DNA from: an uncultured bacterium
GTDB taxonomy: Bacteria; Vulcanimicrobiota; JAJTBE01; CAYNGH01
Direction of reading: 5' to 3'
Length of the DNA: 64,000 nucleotides
NCBI GenBank assembly: GCA_964396845.1
Contig: CAYNGH010000002.1
Location: 17,760-81,759, forward strand
Shown here: piece after piece, positions 18,480-27,900 of the stretch
Layout of the letters: each line of letters starts with the position of its first letter
Position numbering within the stretch: the first letter of the stretch is position 1
The notes under the pieces: model-generated
What the model was told of the DNA's origin: nothing
What the model saw: only the letters and a program-made list of their open reading frames with translations
The model's database searches: none
Translations under genes and position numbers: made by a program

Positions 18480-20429
18480 TCAGATGGCCTGAAGCTCTTC
18501 TGCCATAAAAGAAATCTCCTCGGCTGCCCTGGCCAGCTCTTCGATTCCCAGGGCCTGTTCCTCCGAGGCCAGAGCCACTTTTGAACCGGCAGCCGATGCC
18601 TGCTCTGACTCGGACTTTACTTCCCTGGCTGCTTCCACTCCCTGGCTGGTGTCTTCCAGCTGGTCATCAAAAAGCATTATAAGCTTGTCAACTATCTCTA
18701 TGGCCTCACTGGCAGCGTTTAGTATATTTTCCGCTTCACTGTGAATCTCATCACCCCGGCGGGCTTCCACCTCCGCCTGATTTCCCGCCTTTTCCACATC
18801 ATCTCCCACCACGGCAATCTGATCCCGGATATTTCTCACCAGATCCTTGATTTTCTCTGCAGAATGGGAAGATTCATTGGCCAGGTTCTTTACATCAGCT
18901 GCCACCACGGAAAAGCCCTTGCCATATTCACCGGCCCGGGCTGCCTCAATGGCACCGTTGAGGGCCAGAAGGTTGGTCTGAATGGCAATGTTGACAATGG
19001 CATCAACAATCTTGCTGATTTTCTTGGCCTTGTTTCCAAGGGCCACCAGTTCCTTGGCAGAACTCATGTTGGAAGCTGCAGCCTCGTTGATACCTTCCAC
19101 CACAACAGCAATGCGACTCCTGGCTTCAGAATATTCCTCCACCAGCTCATCAAAGCCGTTTCGAATCCCCTGGGATACATCTTTGACCATCTCAGTGCTC
19201 ACCTGGGCTTCCAGGGCTGCCTGTCGCAAATTTTCTGCCCCTTCGGCAGCCTGACCGGTGCCATGGGCAATTTCGCTTATGGCGTTCTTAATCTCCTGGG
19301 CAGCGCTGTTGGATTCCTGAATAGTGGCGGATATTTCCTCCGCGGCGGCTCCCACCTCGTTAGCTGTTTCCAGGGTAGATTCATTCTCATGAAGCTCATC
19401 GGCAATAGCTGAAAGCTCGCTGGTGGCAATCTTGATTTCCTCCAGGGCACGGCTCTGCTCCTTGATGGAATTCACCGACTGATTGGTGGCCGCGGCGGTC
19501 TGTTCTGAGGCTGCTGCAATCTGCTCTGCGCTGTTCAAAAAGTTTTCCAGAGTCACCAACTGTTCCGTTGCCAGTCTTCCCACCTGTTGGGCCTGATCCA
19601 CAATATCCCTGGCAATCTGACCGCAACGTTCCATGGTTTCCCCCACCTCCCGGGCCCTGACAACAACCCCGGAGGCAGAATTCCCGGCGCCTTCTATTTT
19701 TTCTGATACAATCCGTATATCTTCCTGCACTGACCGGGCAACCTGGCTGATCTCCCTGGCAGCGTTTTCGGCATTTTCCGCCAGGTTTCGAACCTCGTCA
19801 GCCACCACCGCAAAACCACGGCCATGCTCCCCGGCCCGGGCAGCCTCGATGGCAGCATTCAAGGCTAAAAGGTTGGTCTGATCTGCAATTTCCACCACCG
19901 ACTGGACTATACTGCCTATCTCATCTCCCTGGAGAATCAGGTCCGCAGCGCTTCTCACCGCTTCAACATTCACCTCGGCAAAGGAATTGATCCCCTCGAT
20001 GGCAGTGTTGATCTTGTCCAGGGAGTTCCGCAAAAGAGATGCCAGGCTGTCAACATTTCGCACTACATTCTCCGAATCTCTGGATGCCTGTTTGGACCTG
20101 CCGTCGGCCTTCTGAGCGATTTTCTTTGCCTTTTCCGCAGTGGCACTGGCAACCTCAACATTGTGGGCCAGCTTCTCTCCCGAGGCAATTATCTCATTGG
20201 ATGACGCGGCAACCCTCTCCACTCCCGATGCAAGCTGTGATGTGGCATCGGCAAGCTGCTGGGCTACCTGCTGGCGCATTTGTGCTTCTTTTTGTTTCTT
20301 CATGGCCAGCTTTCGAAGGGTATCCTTTCGATCAACCTTGTCAATAAACGACATTCTCGGCACCGATGCAACCGATGCAACACCCCTGGAACCGCCATTC
20401 CCTTCTCTTTTACCCAGTACACGAGCCAT
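18480..20429 (-). CDS. Soluble methyl-accepting chemotaxis protein with two tandem signalling (MA) domains
   Basis: 649 aa with no obvious TM segment. The highly conserved MCP tip motif appears twice ([35 protein letters not shown] and [36 protein letters not shown]), each flanked by heptad-rich coiled coil. Confidence 0.85.
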   Translation of the reverse strand: MARVLGKREGNGGSRGVASVASVPRMSFIDKVDRKDTLRKLAMKKQKEAQMRQQVAQQLADATSQLASGVERVAASSNEIIASGEKLAHNVEVASATAEKAKKIAQKADGRSKQASRDSENVVRNVDSLASLLRNSLDKINTAIEGINSFAEVNVEAVRSAADLILQGDEIGSIVQSVVEIADQTNLLALNAAIEAARAGEHGRGFAVVADEVRNLAENAENAAREISQVARSVQEDIRIVSEKIEGAGNSASGVVVRAREVGETMERCGQIARDIVDQAQQVGRLATEQLVTLENFLNSAEQIAAASEQTAAATNQSVNSIKEQSRALEEIKIATSELSAIADELHENESTLETANEVGAAAEEISATIQESNSAAQEIKNAISEIAHGTGQAAEGAENLRQAALEAQVSTEMVKDVSQGIRNGFDELVEEYSEARSRIAVVVEGINEAAASNMSSAKELVALGNKAKKISKIVDAIVNIAIQTNLLALNGAIEAARAGEYGKGFSVVAADVKNLANESSHSAEKIKDLVRNIRDQIAVVGDDVEKAGNQAEVEARRGDEIHSEAENILNAASEAIEIVDKLIMLFDDQLEDTSQGVEAAREVKSESEQASAAGSKVALASEEQALGIEELARAAEEISFMAEELQAI

Positions 20430-20697
20430 AAGGTTACCTCCATCATGTTTCTATAAGGTAAATCGGCCTGAATGGACAATCTGTTTAGAATAATAATCAA
20501 AAATCAGACTAAAGTATTATGACATAATCGGTATTATTTAGTCATAGAGGGCACATGCTCAACAAAAAGAAATATCCCCTGATAAACAGGAGAATCAAAA
20601 CATACCAGTGCTGGATCAGTCAGGATATTACTGCGGTTGCCCTTCCGGGACAGGGTTTTTCATGCCTCCGGAAACACTGCCATCCACAGGGCCTGGT

Positions 20698-21996
20698 TCA
20701 GTTTTTCCCAGAAAGAAAGATATCCTCAAAACCCGAGATCGCTTCCAACTCATCGGGGGAGGCTTTCTTTCTGAACAGGTTCAGATCATTCCTGAAGCTC
20801 AGAGGATCCCCAAGATAATAATGAACCAGTCCCCTGGTGGCCAACAGCAGATGATTATCGGGAGTTTTTTTGATGGCGGTATTTATCAGGTTCAGAGCTT
20901 TTTCTCTGTTATTCAGCAGGGAGTACATGACTGCGTAATCTGCCATCTGCTCTGATGTTTCAGGGGGTTTTGGGTTAGCCTCCTGCCAGATTAGAGCCTC
21001 GGCCCGGGCCTGTTCTTCCCTGCCTATTTCTGCCAGAAAGCTGACATGACTCAGGATGAACCCGGTGTTTTCCGGGTTGCATTCACGGGCAGTCCGATAA
21101 TATTTATCTGCGACATCAAATTCTCTTCTGTCCCGGTGGATGGCTCCCAGGATGTTATTCAGGTTTCCCCTCATTTCTGGGCCGATGTCGTCAACCTGTT
21201 TCAACTGAGGATCAATTTTCAGGTAATTCTTATATTCACGCCAGGCCTTTTCTGTCTGGTCGGTGTCCATGTATATTTCCATCAGCCTCAGGTAGCCATG
21301 GGGCTTGAAAAAACCCTGCTCAACCACCATCTTTGCAGTTTTTTCCGCCATGGGGGGGTTTGTGTGGAACAAGCTGTAAGTGCTCACCAGCAGAATTTTT
21401 GATTTCTCTTCTGGTGTAGGATTCAGGGCCTCAGCTCGTCGGAGCGTTTCCAGGGACTGGTCATATTTTCCCACTTCAGAAAAAGCCCTGGCCAGCTCAA
21501 CGGTGGTGTGAACGCTCAGGGGATCCGCCCGGTTTGCCTTGATCCTGTCGGAAAGACATGCCTCCAGATCCCCGGTGGCCCGGTAAGCGCTGGCCCGGTA
21601 AAGCAATCCGTTGACATTATCCGGCTGAACCTCAAGGAGTTCATTGGAGTGTTTAAAAACCTGCTCCCACTCCTCATGGATAGCAAAAACCCTGATTATA
21701 CCTTCCCTGGCTTCGATGTTTTCCGGGTCAATTCTTAAAACCTGCCGGTAAAAATCCATGGCTTCGTCAGGCTTTCTGTCCTGAGCAAGACATTGTTCTG
21801 CTTCATGAAGCAGACGATTCACCTGGGCTCTTGCTTCATCAGATAACTGGGTGTCAGATGACAATGAATGACTGCCGAGAGTACCAGACCTGTCACATGC
21901 AGGCAATATCATCAATAAAAGACACAGGAAAACAAAAGATGCGATTAAACTTTTTTTATTGTCAGACCCTCGAAGGGATCCCCCACAAACTGGCAT
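20698..21996 (-). CDS. TPR-repeat lipoprotein
   Basis: 432 aa; signal peptide with lipobox (LLMILPAC), multiple TPR-like repeats. Confidence 0.7.
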   Translation of the reverse strand: MPVCGGSLRGSDNKKSLIASFVFLCLLLMILPACDRSGTLGSHSLSSDTQLSDEARAQVNRLLHEAEQCLAQDRKPDEAMDFYRQVLRIDPENIEAREGIIRVFAIHEEWEQVFKHSNELLEVQPDNVNGLLYRASAYRATGDLEACLSDRIKANRADPLSVHTTVELARAFSEVGKYDQSLETLRRAEALNPTPEEKSKILLVSTYSLFHTNPPMAEKTAKMVVEQGFFKPHGYLRLMEIYMDTDQTEKAWREYKNYLKIDPQLKQVDDIGPEMRGNLNNILGAIHRDRREFDVADKYYRTARECNPENTGFILSHVSFLAEIGREEQARAEALIWQEANPKPPETSEQMADYAVMYSLLNNREKALNLINTAIKKTPDNHLLLATRGLVHYYLGDPLSFRNDLNLFRKKASPDELEAISGFEDIFLSGKN

Positions 21997-22002
21997 ATCA
22001 CC

Positions 22003-23307
22003 CTACTGCTGAGGTTCCTTGACCCTGGATTTGAGCATCGGCAAGATTTTTTCAGTATATTTCTTTTCCTCATTGGACGCCATGACCATGAATCTTTGAA
22101 AATCCCTATCATAGGCTTGTTTGTCACCCATGTAATAATATATCAGGGCCCGGTTTCCATAATTGGCAGCCTCATCAGGCTCCCGGTTTATTGCAGTATT
22201 CATGAGCTGGATGGCTTTCTGATCCTGCCCCAGCATCATATAAATAATCGCCTGGTTGCCAAAATCATCTGTATCCATCGGCGGATTCGGGTTCATATCC
22301 AGCCAGGTCTGGGCATATTTCTTCGCTTCGTCAGGGTAGCCCATTGATGCCAGAAGCCCTATATAGTTGACCAGGGCCACCTGGTTGTCGGGAAATATTT
22401 TAAGAGATTTTTCATAATACTCTTTTGCGGTGTCCAGCTCCATCCTGATCCGATGGATTGTCCCGAGTTTGTCATATATCTTTGCCCGGAGCTTTTCTCC
22501 CAGGAAATCGATCAATTTTTCATCCGGGTCAGATTCCTTGTACTTTTCATACATCTCCATGGCTTTTTCAATGAGTTCTTCATTGTCTTCGCTTTCTTCG
22601 CCCAGGTCCGTGTAAATATCCATCAGGAGAATATATGCATGGGTTGGACTCTCATCATATTCCAGGGACTGTTTGGCATACTTTTCCGCCTCCCTGAGAT
22701 CCCCCTTGTTGATTGATGCCATGGTAAGCTGAACATAGACAGAATATTTCTGTTCAAAGGTTTCCGCCAAATCCATAGTCTTATTGAGGAGATGAATACC
22801 CTCATCATATTTTTGAGCTTCAATCAGAGAAATAGCCATGTCAAAATTTGTGCGGAATGTGAAGGGAGAATTCTTTGTGGCCCGGCGGGTGTCGGCAAGG
22901 GCCATGTCTGCATTGCCCATCATCAGATGAACCCTGGATCTGACCAGAAGACCGTTCACATGATCCGGATCCACCGTCAGGAGTCTATTCAACACCACCA
23001 GAGCCTCTTCCCATTTTTTCAGGCTCACCAGGCATTCTGCCTTGCCGTTGAGAGCTGAAATATTGGTGTCATCAATCTCCAGTACTTCGTCATACATTTT
23101 TATGGCCTCTTCAAACCTTCCATCCTCATAGAGCCTTTCCCCCTCGGCGATGAGCCTGTCGCTTCTCACCCGCATCGATTCGGAAATGGTTTCAGCAGGA
23201 CTGGGACTCTCGGTGGGAGTCACCTCCGGTTTCGGCGTGCACCCCATCAGAACCGTCAATATATATACTAATATGACCGCTGGTAAAACATAAAAAAACT
23301 TTTTCAT
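22003..23307 (-). CDS. TPR-repeat lipoprotein (paralog of the downstream gene)
   Basis: ORF to 23337; preferred start MKKFFYVLPAVILVYILTVLMGC (lipobox). Repeat architecture and several blocks (DPDHVNGLL..., LGTIHRIRMELDTAKEYYEKS...) parallel the 20698..21996 protein. Confidence 0.7.
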   Translation of the reverse strand: MKKFFYVLPAVILVYILTVLMGCTPKPEVTPTESPSPAETISESMRVRSDRLIAEGERLYEDGRFEEAIKMYDEVLEIDDTNISALNGKAECLVSLKKWEEALVVLNRLLTVDPDHVNGLLVRSRVHLMMGNADMALADTRRATKNSPFTFRTNFDMAISLIEAQKYDEGIHLLNKTMDLAETFEQKYSVYVQLTMASINKGDLREAEKYAKQSLEYDESPTHAYILLMDIYTDLGEESEDNEELIEKAMEMYEKYKESDPDEKLIDFLGEKLRAKIYDKLGTIHRIRMELDTAKEYYEKSLKIFPDNQVALVNYIGLLASMGYPDEAKKYAQTWLDMNPNPPMDTDDFGNQAIIYMMLGQDQKAIQLMNTAINREPDEAANYGNRALIYYYMGDKQAYDRDFQRFMVMASNEEKKYTEKILPMLKSRVKEPQQ

Positions 23308-23530
23308 CCCCACTCCTCCATAAGGCAATAATTTCACAGCACCTCTGATTATAACAAAAAATCCACAGAATGGGAAGGTTTTTCTGAATCAATGCATCAA
23401 GACACCATGAAAGCAGAGAAAGACGGTCTAAAATGAAAATGCCTCTTCTTGCAGGGATAATTGTTTATAAAATTAATAATAATCATATAATTAATCAGGA
23501 TTGCGATTTTAACTGAGAAGGCGGTATATT

Positions 23531-25156
23531 ATGCTGGGTAAACAGGGTCGGGGAAAACCCAGAAAGCTGGACACTCCATCAGATTTTATGGCTTTTGGTG
23601 ATCTGGAGGGGCTTACCCGTCTTCTGGAAAAAAATCCCTCCCTGCTCAACGAAAAAGATGGTAAAAAGAGAAACCTCCTGGCCCAGTCTGTTGCTCACGG
23701 CAACAGGGAATTTACCGACTATTTTATCTCCCGGGGACTTGACATAAACCAACCGGATTTTCAGGGGATGACTCCCATCATGCTGGCGGCCAGAGATGGC
23801 AACGAGAGCATGGTCTATCACCTGGCGGAAAAAAACGCAGACCTGAACCACCGCAACCTGGCAGGAGAAACCCTGTTACACATGTTCACCCCTGCCAGTC
23901 GGGAAAATATAATGGAAACTCTCCTGAGTCGGGGAGCAAATCCCAACCTGGGAAATATCCGGGGGCTGACTCCCCTTCATGTGGCGGCAAAAAAAGGCAG
24001 AACTGATATCTGCAAACTCTTGCTGGATCGAAAAGCGGATATCAACGCCCAGACTGATGCAGGGATTACTCCCCTGATGATTGCCATCTCCGCCGGGCAG
24101 GATCAGGTGGCAAAACTCCTTCTGGAGCGGGGAGCCAGAGTGGATCAGAAAGACATCGCCGGGCGAACGGCACTCCACGGAGCGGCAATCAGAAACAACA
24201 GCGAGATAGCCTGGGCCTTGATAGAAAAAGGAGTAGCTGTTGACTCCCAGGATCAGGACGGGTTCACTCCTTTGCACCTGGCAGCCCGTAACGGCGCAGT
24301 GGAATCGATCAACCTGCTTCTGGACAAGAAAGCAAATCCCGACACTAAATCCGAGTTTGGCGATACTCCCCTGCACCTGGCCACCTTTAACGGTCATGAA
24401 GAAGCATCCAATGCCCTGATGGAACGGGGTGCCCGACATGACATACAGAACGAAGCTGGAATAACCCCCGCAGAAGGGGGAAAGCTCCACCAGGAGAAAA
24501 TGGAGAAACGGCGGGAGTTATCAAGGGAAAGGGTTTCTGCCCGGGATGCCCGGCTGGAAGCTGAACGGAAGGCCAGGGAAGAAGAGCAGAAAACCAAAGA
24601 AGAAGCACGCCGGCAGAAGGAAGAAGAAGAGAAGGCACAGCTGGCACGGCTGGCGGCGGAAAAATTGCGTCAGCAGGAACTGCGGGAAGAAGCAGAACGC
24701 CGGGCAAAGCTCCAGAAACAAAAAGGGCCGGAACCGCCAGACACCATGTCAACTCCCCCGGTATTGCCCAAGTCCACCCATACCATGGATGATTTTCTCG
24801 ATGAGATAAACATCAGAAAATTACGGAAAATCTTGGAAGAAAGCCCCGGACTTGTATTTGAATGCAACGAGAATAAATCCACCCTGCTCCACTTTGAAGC
24901 CATGGAAGGCAATCTTCAGCGGGCTTCATTATTGCTGGCCAAGGGTTCTCCCGTGGAACCTGTTGACAAAGCCCGGTGGACTCCTCTTCATTATGCCTGT
25001 TATTACGGACGCTTTGAAGTTGCAGTTCTTCTGGTAACCAAAGGGGCTGATGTGAATAGTGTCACCGGCTCCAACAACACTCCCCTGTCCCTGGCAAAGC
25101 GTCAAAACAATCAGGAACTGGTTCGTTTCCTGATTCAGAAGGGTGCAGTGGATTGA
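23531..25156 (+). CDS. Ankyrin-repeat protein with central charged coiled-coil insert
   Basis: 541 aa; ~9 N-terminal and ~3 C-terminal ankyrin repeats (G-TPLH-A, -GH-x-x-x-LL-x-GA-) separated by a ~90-aa K/E/R-rich segment (EERKAREEEQKTKEEARRQKEEEEKAQ...). Confidence 0.75.
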   Translation: MLGKQGRGKPRKLDTPSDFMAFGDLEGLTRLLEKNPSLLNEKDGKKRNLLAQSVAHGNREFTDYFISRGLDINQPDFQGMTPIMLAARDGNESMVYHLAEKNADLNHRNLAGETLLHMFTPASRENIMETLLSRGANPNLGNIRGLTPLHVAAKKGRTDICKLLLDRKADINAQTDAGITPLMIAISAGQDQVAKLLLERGARVDQKDIAGRTALHGAAIRNNSEIAWALIEKGVAVDSQDQDGFTPLHLAARNGAVESINLLLDKKANPDTKSEFGDTPLHLATFNGHEEASNALMERGARHDIQNEAGITPAEGGKLHQEKMEKRRELSRERVSARDARLEAERKAREEEQKTKEEARRQKEEEEKAQLARLAAEKLRQQELREEAERRAKLQKQKGPEPPDTMSTPPVLPKSTHTMDDFLDEINIRKLRKILEESPGLVFECNENKSTLLHFEAMEGNLQRASLLLAKGSPVEPVDKARWTPLHYACYYGRFEVAVLLVTKGADVNSVTGSNNTPLSLAKRQNNQELVRFLIQKGAVD

Positions 25157-25172
25157 AAGAACAAGAAAGCCG

Positions 25173-26096
25173 TCAATCCCGGGGAGGCCACAAATCTCCC
25201 ATATAATCGGAACCCGACTGCCCCAGCAGATATCCGTTGCAAAGACCGTTGGAGTTATACCAGGCCAGCTTGTTCACCATTTCCTTCTGACGTTTGACAT
25301 CCACAGGTGTGCCGTTGGCGATACCATTCCAGGCTTCCCGGTAAATACTGCCAGCTTCCCTGATATAATCAGAACCATAAAGAGTGCCATCAATCCGGAA
25401 AAACCCAAACTTCAATGCCCACAGACGACTTAGAATCTCCAGCAGGCAGACATCCTTACCGCTCCATGTGGCCCGCCCTCTGGCCCTCAAGGCCATATGC
25501 TCCGACTCCAGATGAACCACCTCATTGCAAATCCGGGCCTGGCTGATTTCACCTTTCATCCACCAGCCCGCTGGGCATTTTTCCGACACTCCCAGGGCCA
25601 TTGGCCCCTGCACCAGTATCTCCACTTCAAGACCCAGATCTTTTAACACCTTTAACTCTTCCAGGGTCAGTTCGTAACTGCCGGTAACCCTGGTGACTCC
25701 ATGCTCCCTGAAGAGCTTTGCCGCAGCGCTGGTATATATGTTGGCCACTGCCCCCATATGTATGGGAATATTCAAGGGACTGGAATTTATCATTTCCAGA
25801 ACTCCGGCATTGTGGACTTCCAGCATATCCACCGGCAGGGACTTATCATGGATCCGCTCCAGAAGTTTTTCTACTCCGGGCATGTCTTCTTCTCTGGGAA
25901 CGGAAAAAGTAGAAATATATGCCCGAAGTCCCCGTGCCTTTAATATTTTCAGAGCCTGCTCAAGATCTGTCAGGTTGAGATTGAGATTGGCCGGGTAATC
26001 GGTGGACCAGGGATCTCCCAGATAAACCCCGTCATAAGGAGTAAGATCAGTGCTTTCCAAGTCTTCCAGGGTGTATATGTTTGTGGTTAATTCCAA
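25173..26096 (-). CDS. Peptidase U32-family-like protein (divergent)
   Basis: 307 aa; domain order and blocks (DGVYLGDPW, PIHMGAVANIY, LEVEILVQGPMALG) resemble the U32 TIM-barrel. The family Cys-rich signature is not conserved, so the assignment is tentative. Confidence 0.45.
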   Translation of the reverse strand: MELTTNIYTLEDLESTDLTPYDGVYLGDPWSTDYPANLNLNLTDLEQALKILKARGLRAYISTFSVPREEDMPGVEKLLERIHDKSLPVDMLEVHNAGVLEMINSSPLNIPIHMGAVANIYTSAAAKLFREHGVTRVTGSYELTLEELKVLKDLGLEVEILVQGPMALGVSEKCPAGWWMKGEISQARICNEVVHLESEHMALRARGRATWSGKDVCLLEILSRLWALKFGFFRIDGTLYGSDYIREAGSIYREAWNGIANGTPVDVKRQKEMVNKLAWYNSNGLCNGYLLGQSGSDYMGDLWPPRD

Positions 26097-26192
26097 CTTT
26101 CTTGCCTCCCGTATGATATAATCATAATTTCTTTAATAAGGTTCAACTTCCTTCCTGTCAAGGAGATGAACCTTTTCTGGTATAATTAACAT

Positions 26193-26768
26193 ATGATGAA
26201 GCCTTCAGATTCCCGGCGGTCTTTTGCAGGAGTCCAGCCATACAAAAAAACAGTTTTATTTATCGAAATCGGCATGGCCGTGGCCATATCTGCCATGTTT
26301 GTTTTATTTCTGGGTGTTTTTCGGATACCTGCATCCATCCCGGTTTTCTTCATATCATACCGCCGGGGCCCAAAAGTGGCTATGGCTGCAGCGGTGGCAG
26401 TGGGGATGATGGTTCTTGTCATCAGGCCCTTATACCTGCATCCCGTAGTATTTATCGAAGCCCCCCTGGAATATATGATGATTGCCCTGGCGGGGTTTTT
26501 TCCGCCGGGAATGGGAAAATCCGACAACAGAGTCATAAAGTGGCTCCACGATCGCCGGGGGATTCTTATTGCCTCGCTGTTGCGTCTGGGAGTGACCCTG
26601 GCGGGATCCTACATCATATATTCATATTATTTTCAAGCCACAGGGCCGGTGATCTGGGCCATAACCCTGCTGGACGAAGGCCCCCTGTTTATTCCTTTTC
26701 TTATTGTAGCAATGGTGCTGGTGCCCCTGCTGGTGAGATATGATTTCCTGGTACATGAACTGAAATAA
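26193..26768 (+). CDS. Small polytopic membrane protein (possibly ECF-transporter S-component-like)
   Basis: 191 aa with ~5-6 hydrophobic helices; no diagnostic motif. Confidence 0.4.
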   Translation: MMKPSDSRRSFAGVQPYKKTVLFIEIGMAVAISAMFVLFLGVFRIPASIPVFFISYRRGPKVAMAAAVAVGMMVLVIRPLYLHPVVFIEAPLEYMMIALAGFFPPGMGKSDNRVIKWLHDRRGILIASLLRLGVTLAGSYIIYSYYFQATGPVIWAITLLDEGPLFIPFLIVAMVLVPLLVRYDFLVHELK

Positions 26769-26788
26769 CTATGCAGAATAGACAAAAA

Positions 26789-26817
26789 CAGGCCTCTGGT
26801 GAGAATGCCTGCTTTTT
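26789..26817. terminator. Weak hairpin plus T-tract between convergent genes
   Basis: CAGGC-N13-GCCTG followed by CTTTTT (and A5 on the other side); short stem and long loop, so low confidence. Confidence 0.35.
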
Positions 26818-26837
26818 AAACCAAAAATATACTTGTC

Positions 26838-27839
26838 TTAAGATTTGACTTTGTTTTCTGTTTTTGAATCTGCCGGGTTCTGCTCCTGATTCTTCAACGA
26901 CTTGAGCTTGGCTTTTACGCCCCGGTATGTTTTGATTCCTCCCAGAACCGCCCCGGCAATGCCCAGCCCGGCAATAGCCAGCCCCGAACCCAGAATCAAA
27001 CCCAGAGGCGCAAGGCTGATGGCCCCGGCAGCTGCTCCCAGGGCAACCTTTGAGCCGGTGCTTTTCAAGCCCTTTTCCAGATGTGGTTCCAATTTTTCAA
27101 CAGCCTTGTTGGAAGAATCTTCGATAAAGTTTTCCATTATGACCCGGATGGGATGCCCCAGGACTCCGCCGATGGCTCCCGCCCCAGCGCCAACCGCTGC
27201 TCCGATGCCCATGGCCACAGGCCCTCCCAGAATTCCGCTGACAGCTCCGGTGACAGCTCCCGCCATAGCTCCCAGGACTACCCGTCCCAAGGGCTTCACT
27301 GCGCTCCCGCCGATACCACCCGCAGCGGTGGAAGCAGACAGAAGGGCTGTGTTTCCCGTCAGCGCCGTAGCCAAAGCTCCTGTCAGGTAACCGCCATAGG
27401 TGCCGTCCCGGGTAGAAGCCCTGGTGCTGGAACAAAGTGTCCCCGTAGCTCCTGAGAATGCCCCGAGAATACCCCCCGCGGCAATTATGGGCAAAGCTAT
27501 GGCTCCGCCGGTAACTGCCAGCAGTGATGCCGATGCCCCGGCGCCAATGAGGGCCCCGGTAAGAGAACCAGCCCCCAGGGCCTTCAGATATGACTGGGTA
27601 GCTTTCCCCACCTTGCCCCCCACATATCCTCCAAGACCTCCCGATGCCGCGGTGATAGGGCCACCGGCAATATAACCGCTGATGGTCCCCGACATGGCCC
27701 CTGCCGTGGGGTTTGGCTCAAAACGATCCTGCCCGCTTACCCCGGGACGGGGCGTGGCGTATTCTTTGATCTTCCGGGGGATATTTTTAATTGTCTGGCC
27801 GATTTTCCTTATGTTCATTCCTGGGATAAATCCTTTCAA
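26838..27839 (-). CDS. Gly/Ala-rich glycine-zipper protein A (unknown family)
   Basis: 333 aa; ~70% G/A/S/T/L/I/V in long GxxxG/AxxxG tracts, polar N- and C-termini (K-rich tail). TTG start at 27839 or ATG at 27818. Confidence 0.6.
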   Translation of the reverse strand: MKGFIPGMNIRKIGQTIKNIPRKIKEYATPRPGVSGQDRFEPNPTAGAMSGTISGYIAGGPITAASGGLGGYVGGKVGKATQSYLKALGAGSLTGALIGAGASASLLAVTGGAIALPIIAAGGILGAFSGATGTLCSSTRASTRDGTYGGYLTGALATALTGNTALLSASTAAGGIGGSAVKPLGRVVLGAMAGAVTGAVSGILGGPVAMGIGAAVGAGAGAIGGVLGHPIRVIMENFIEDSSNKAVEKLEPHLEKGLKSTGSKVALGAAAGAISLAPLGLILGSGLAIAGLGIAGAVLGGIKTYRGVKAKLKSLKNQEQNPADSKTENKVKS

Positions 27840-27900
27840 AACAAGGACCCCGGCCCCGTAAGGTCACCCTATGCAGGGCCGGTCTGTCAAGTTGTTCGAA

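Noticed and set aside
25173-26096. Confident assignment as a collagenase-type U32 peptidase
   Set aside because: The fold-level block order matches, but the Cys-containing family signature is not conserved, so only a divergent U32-like label is justified
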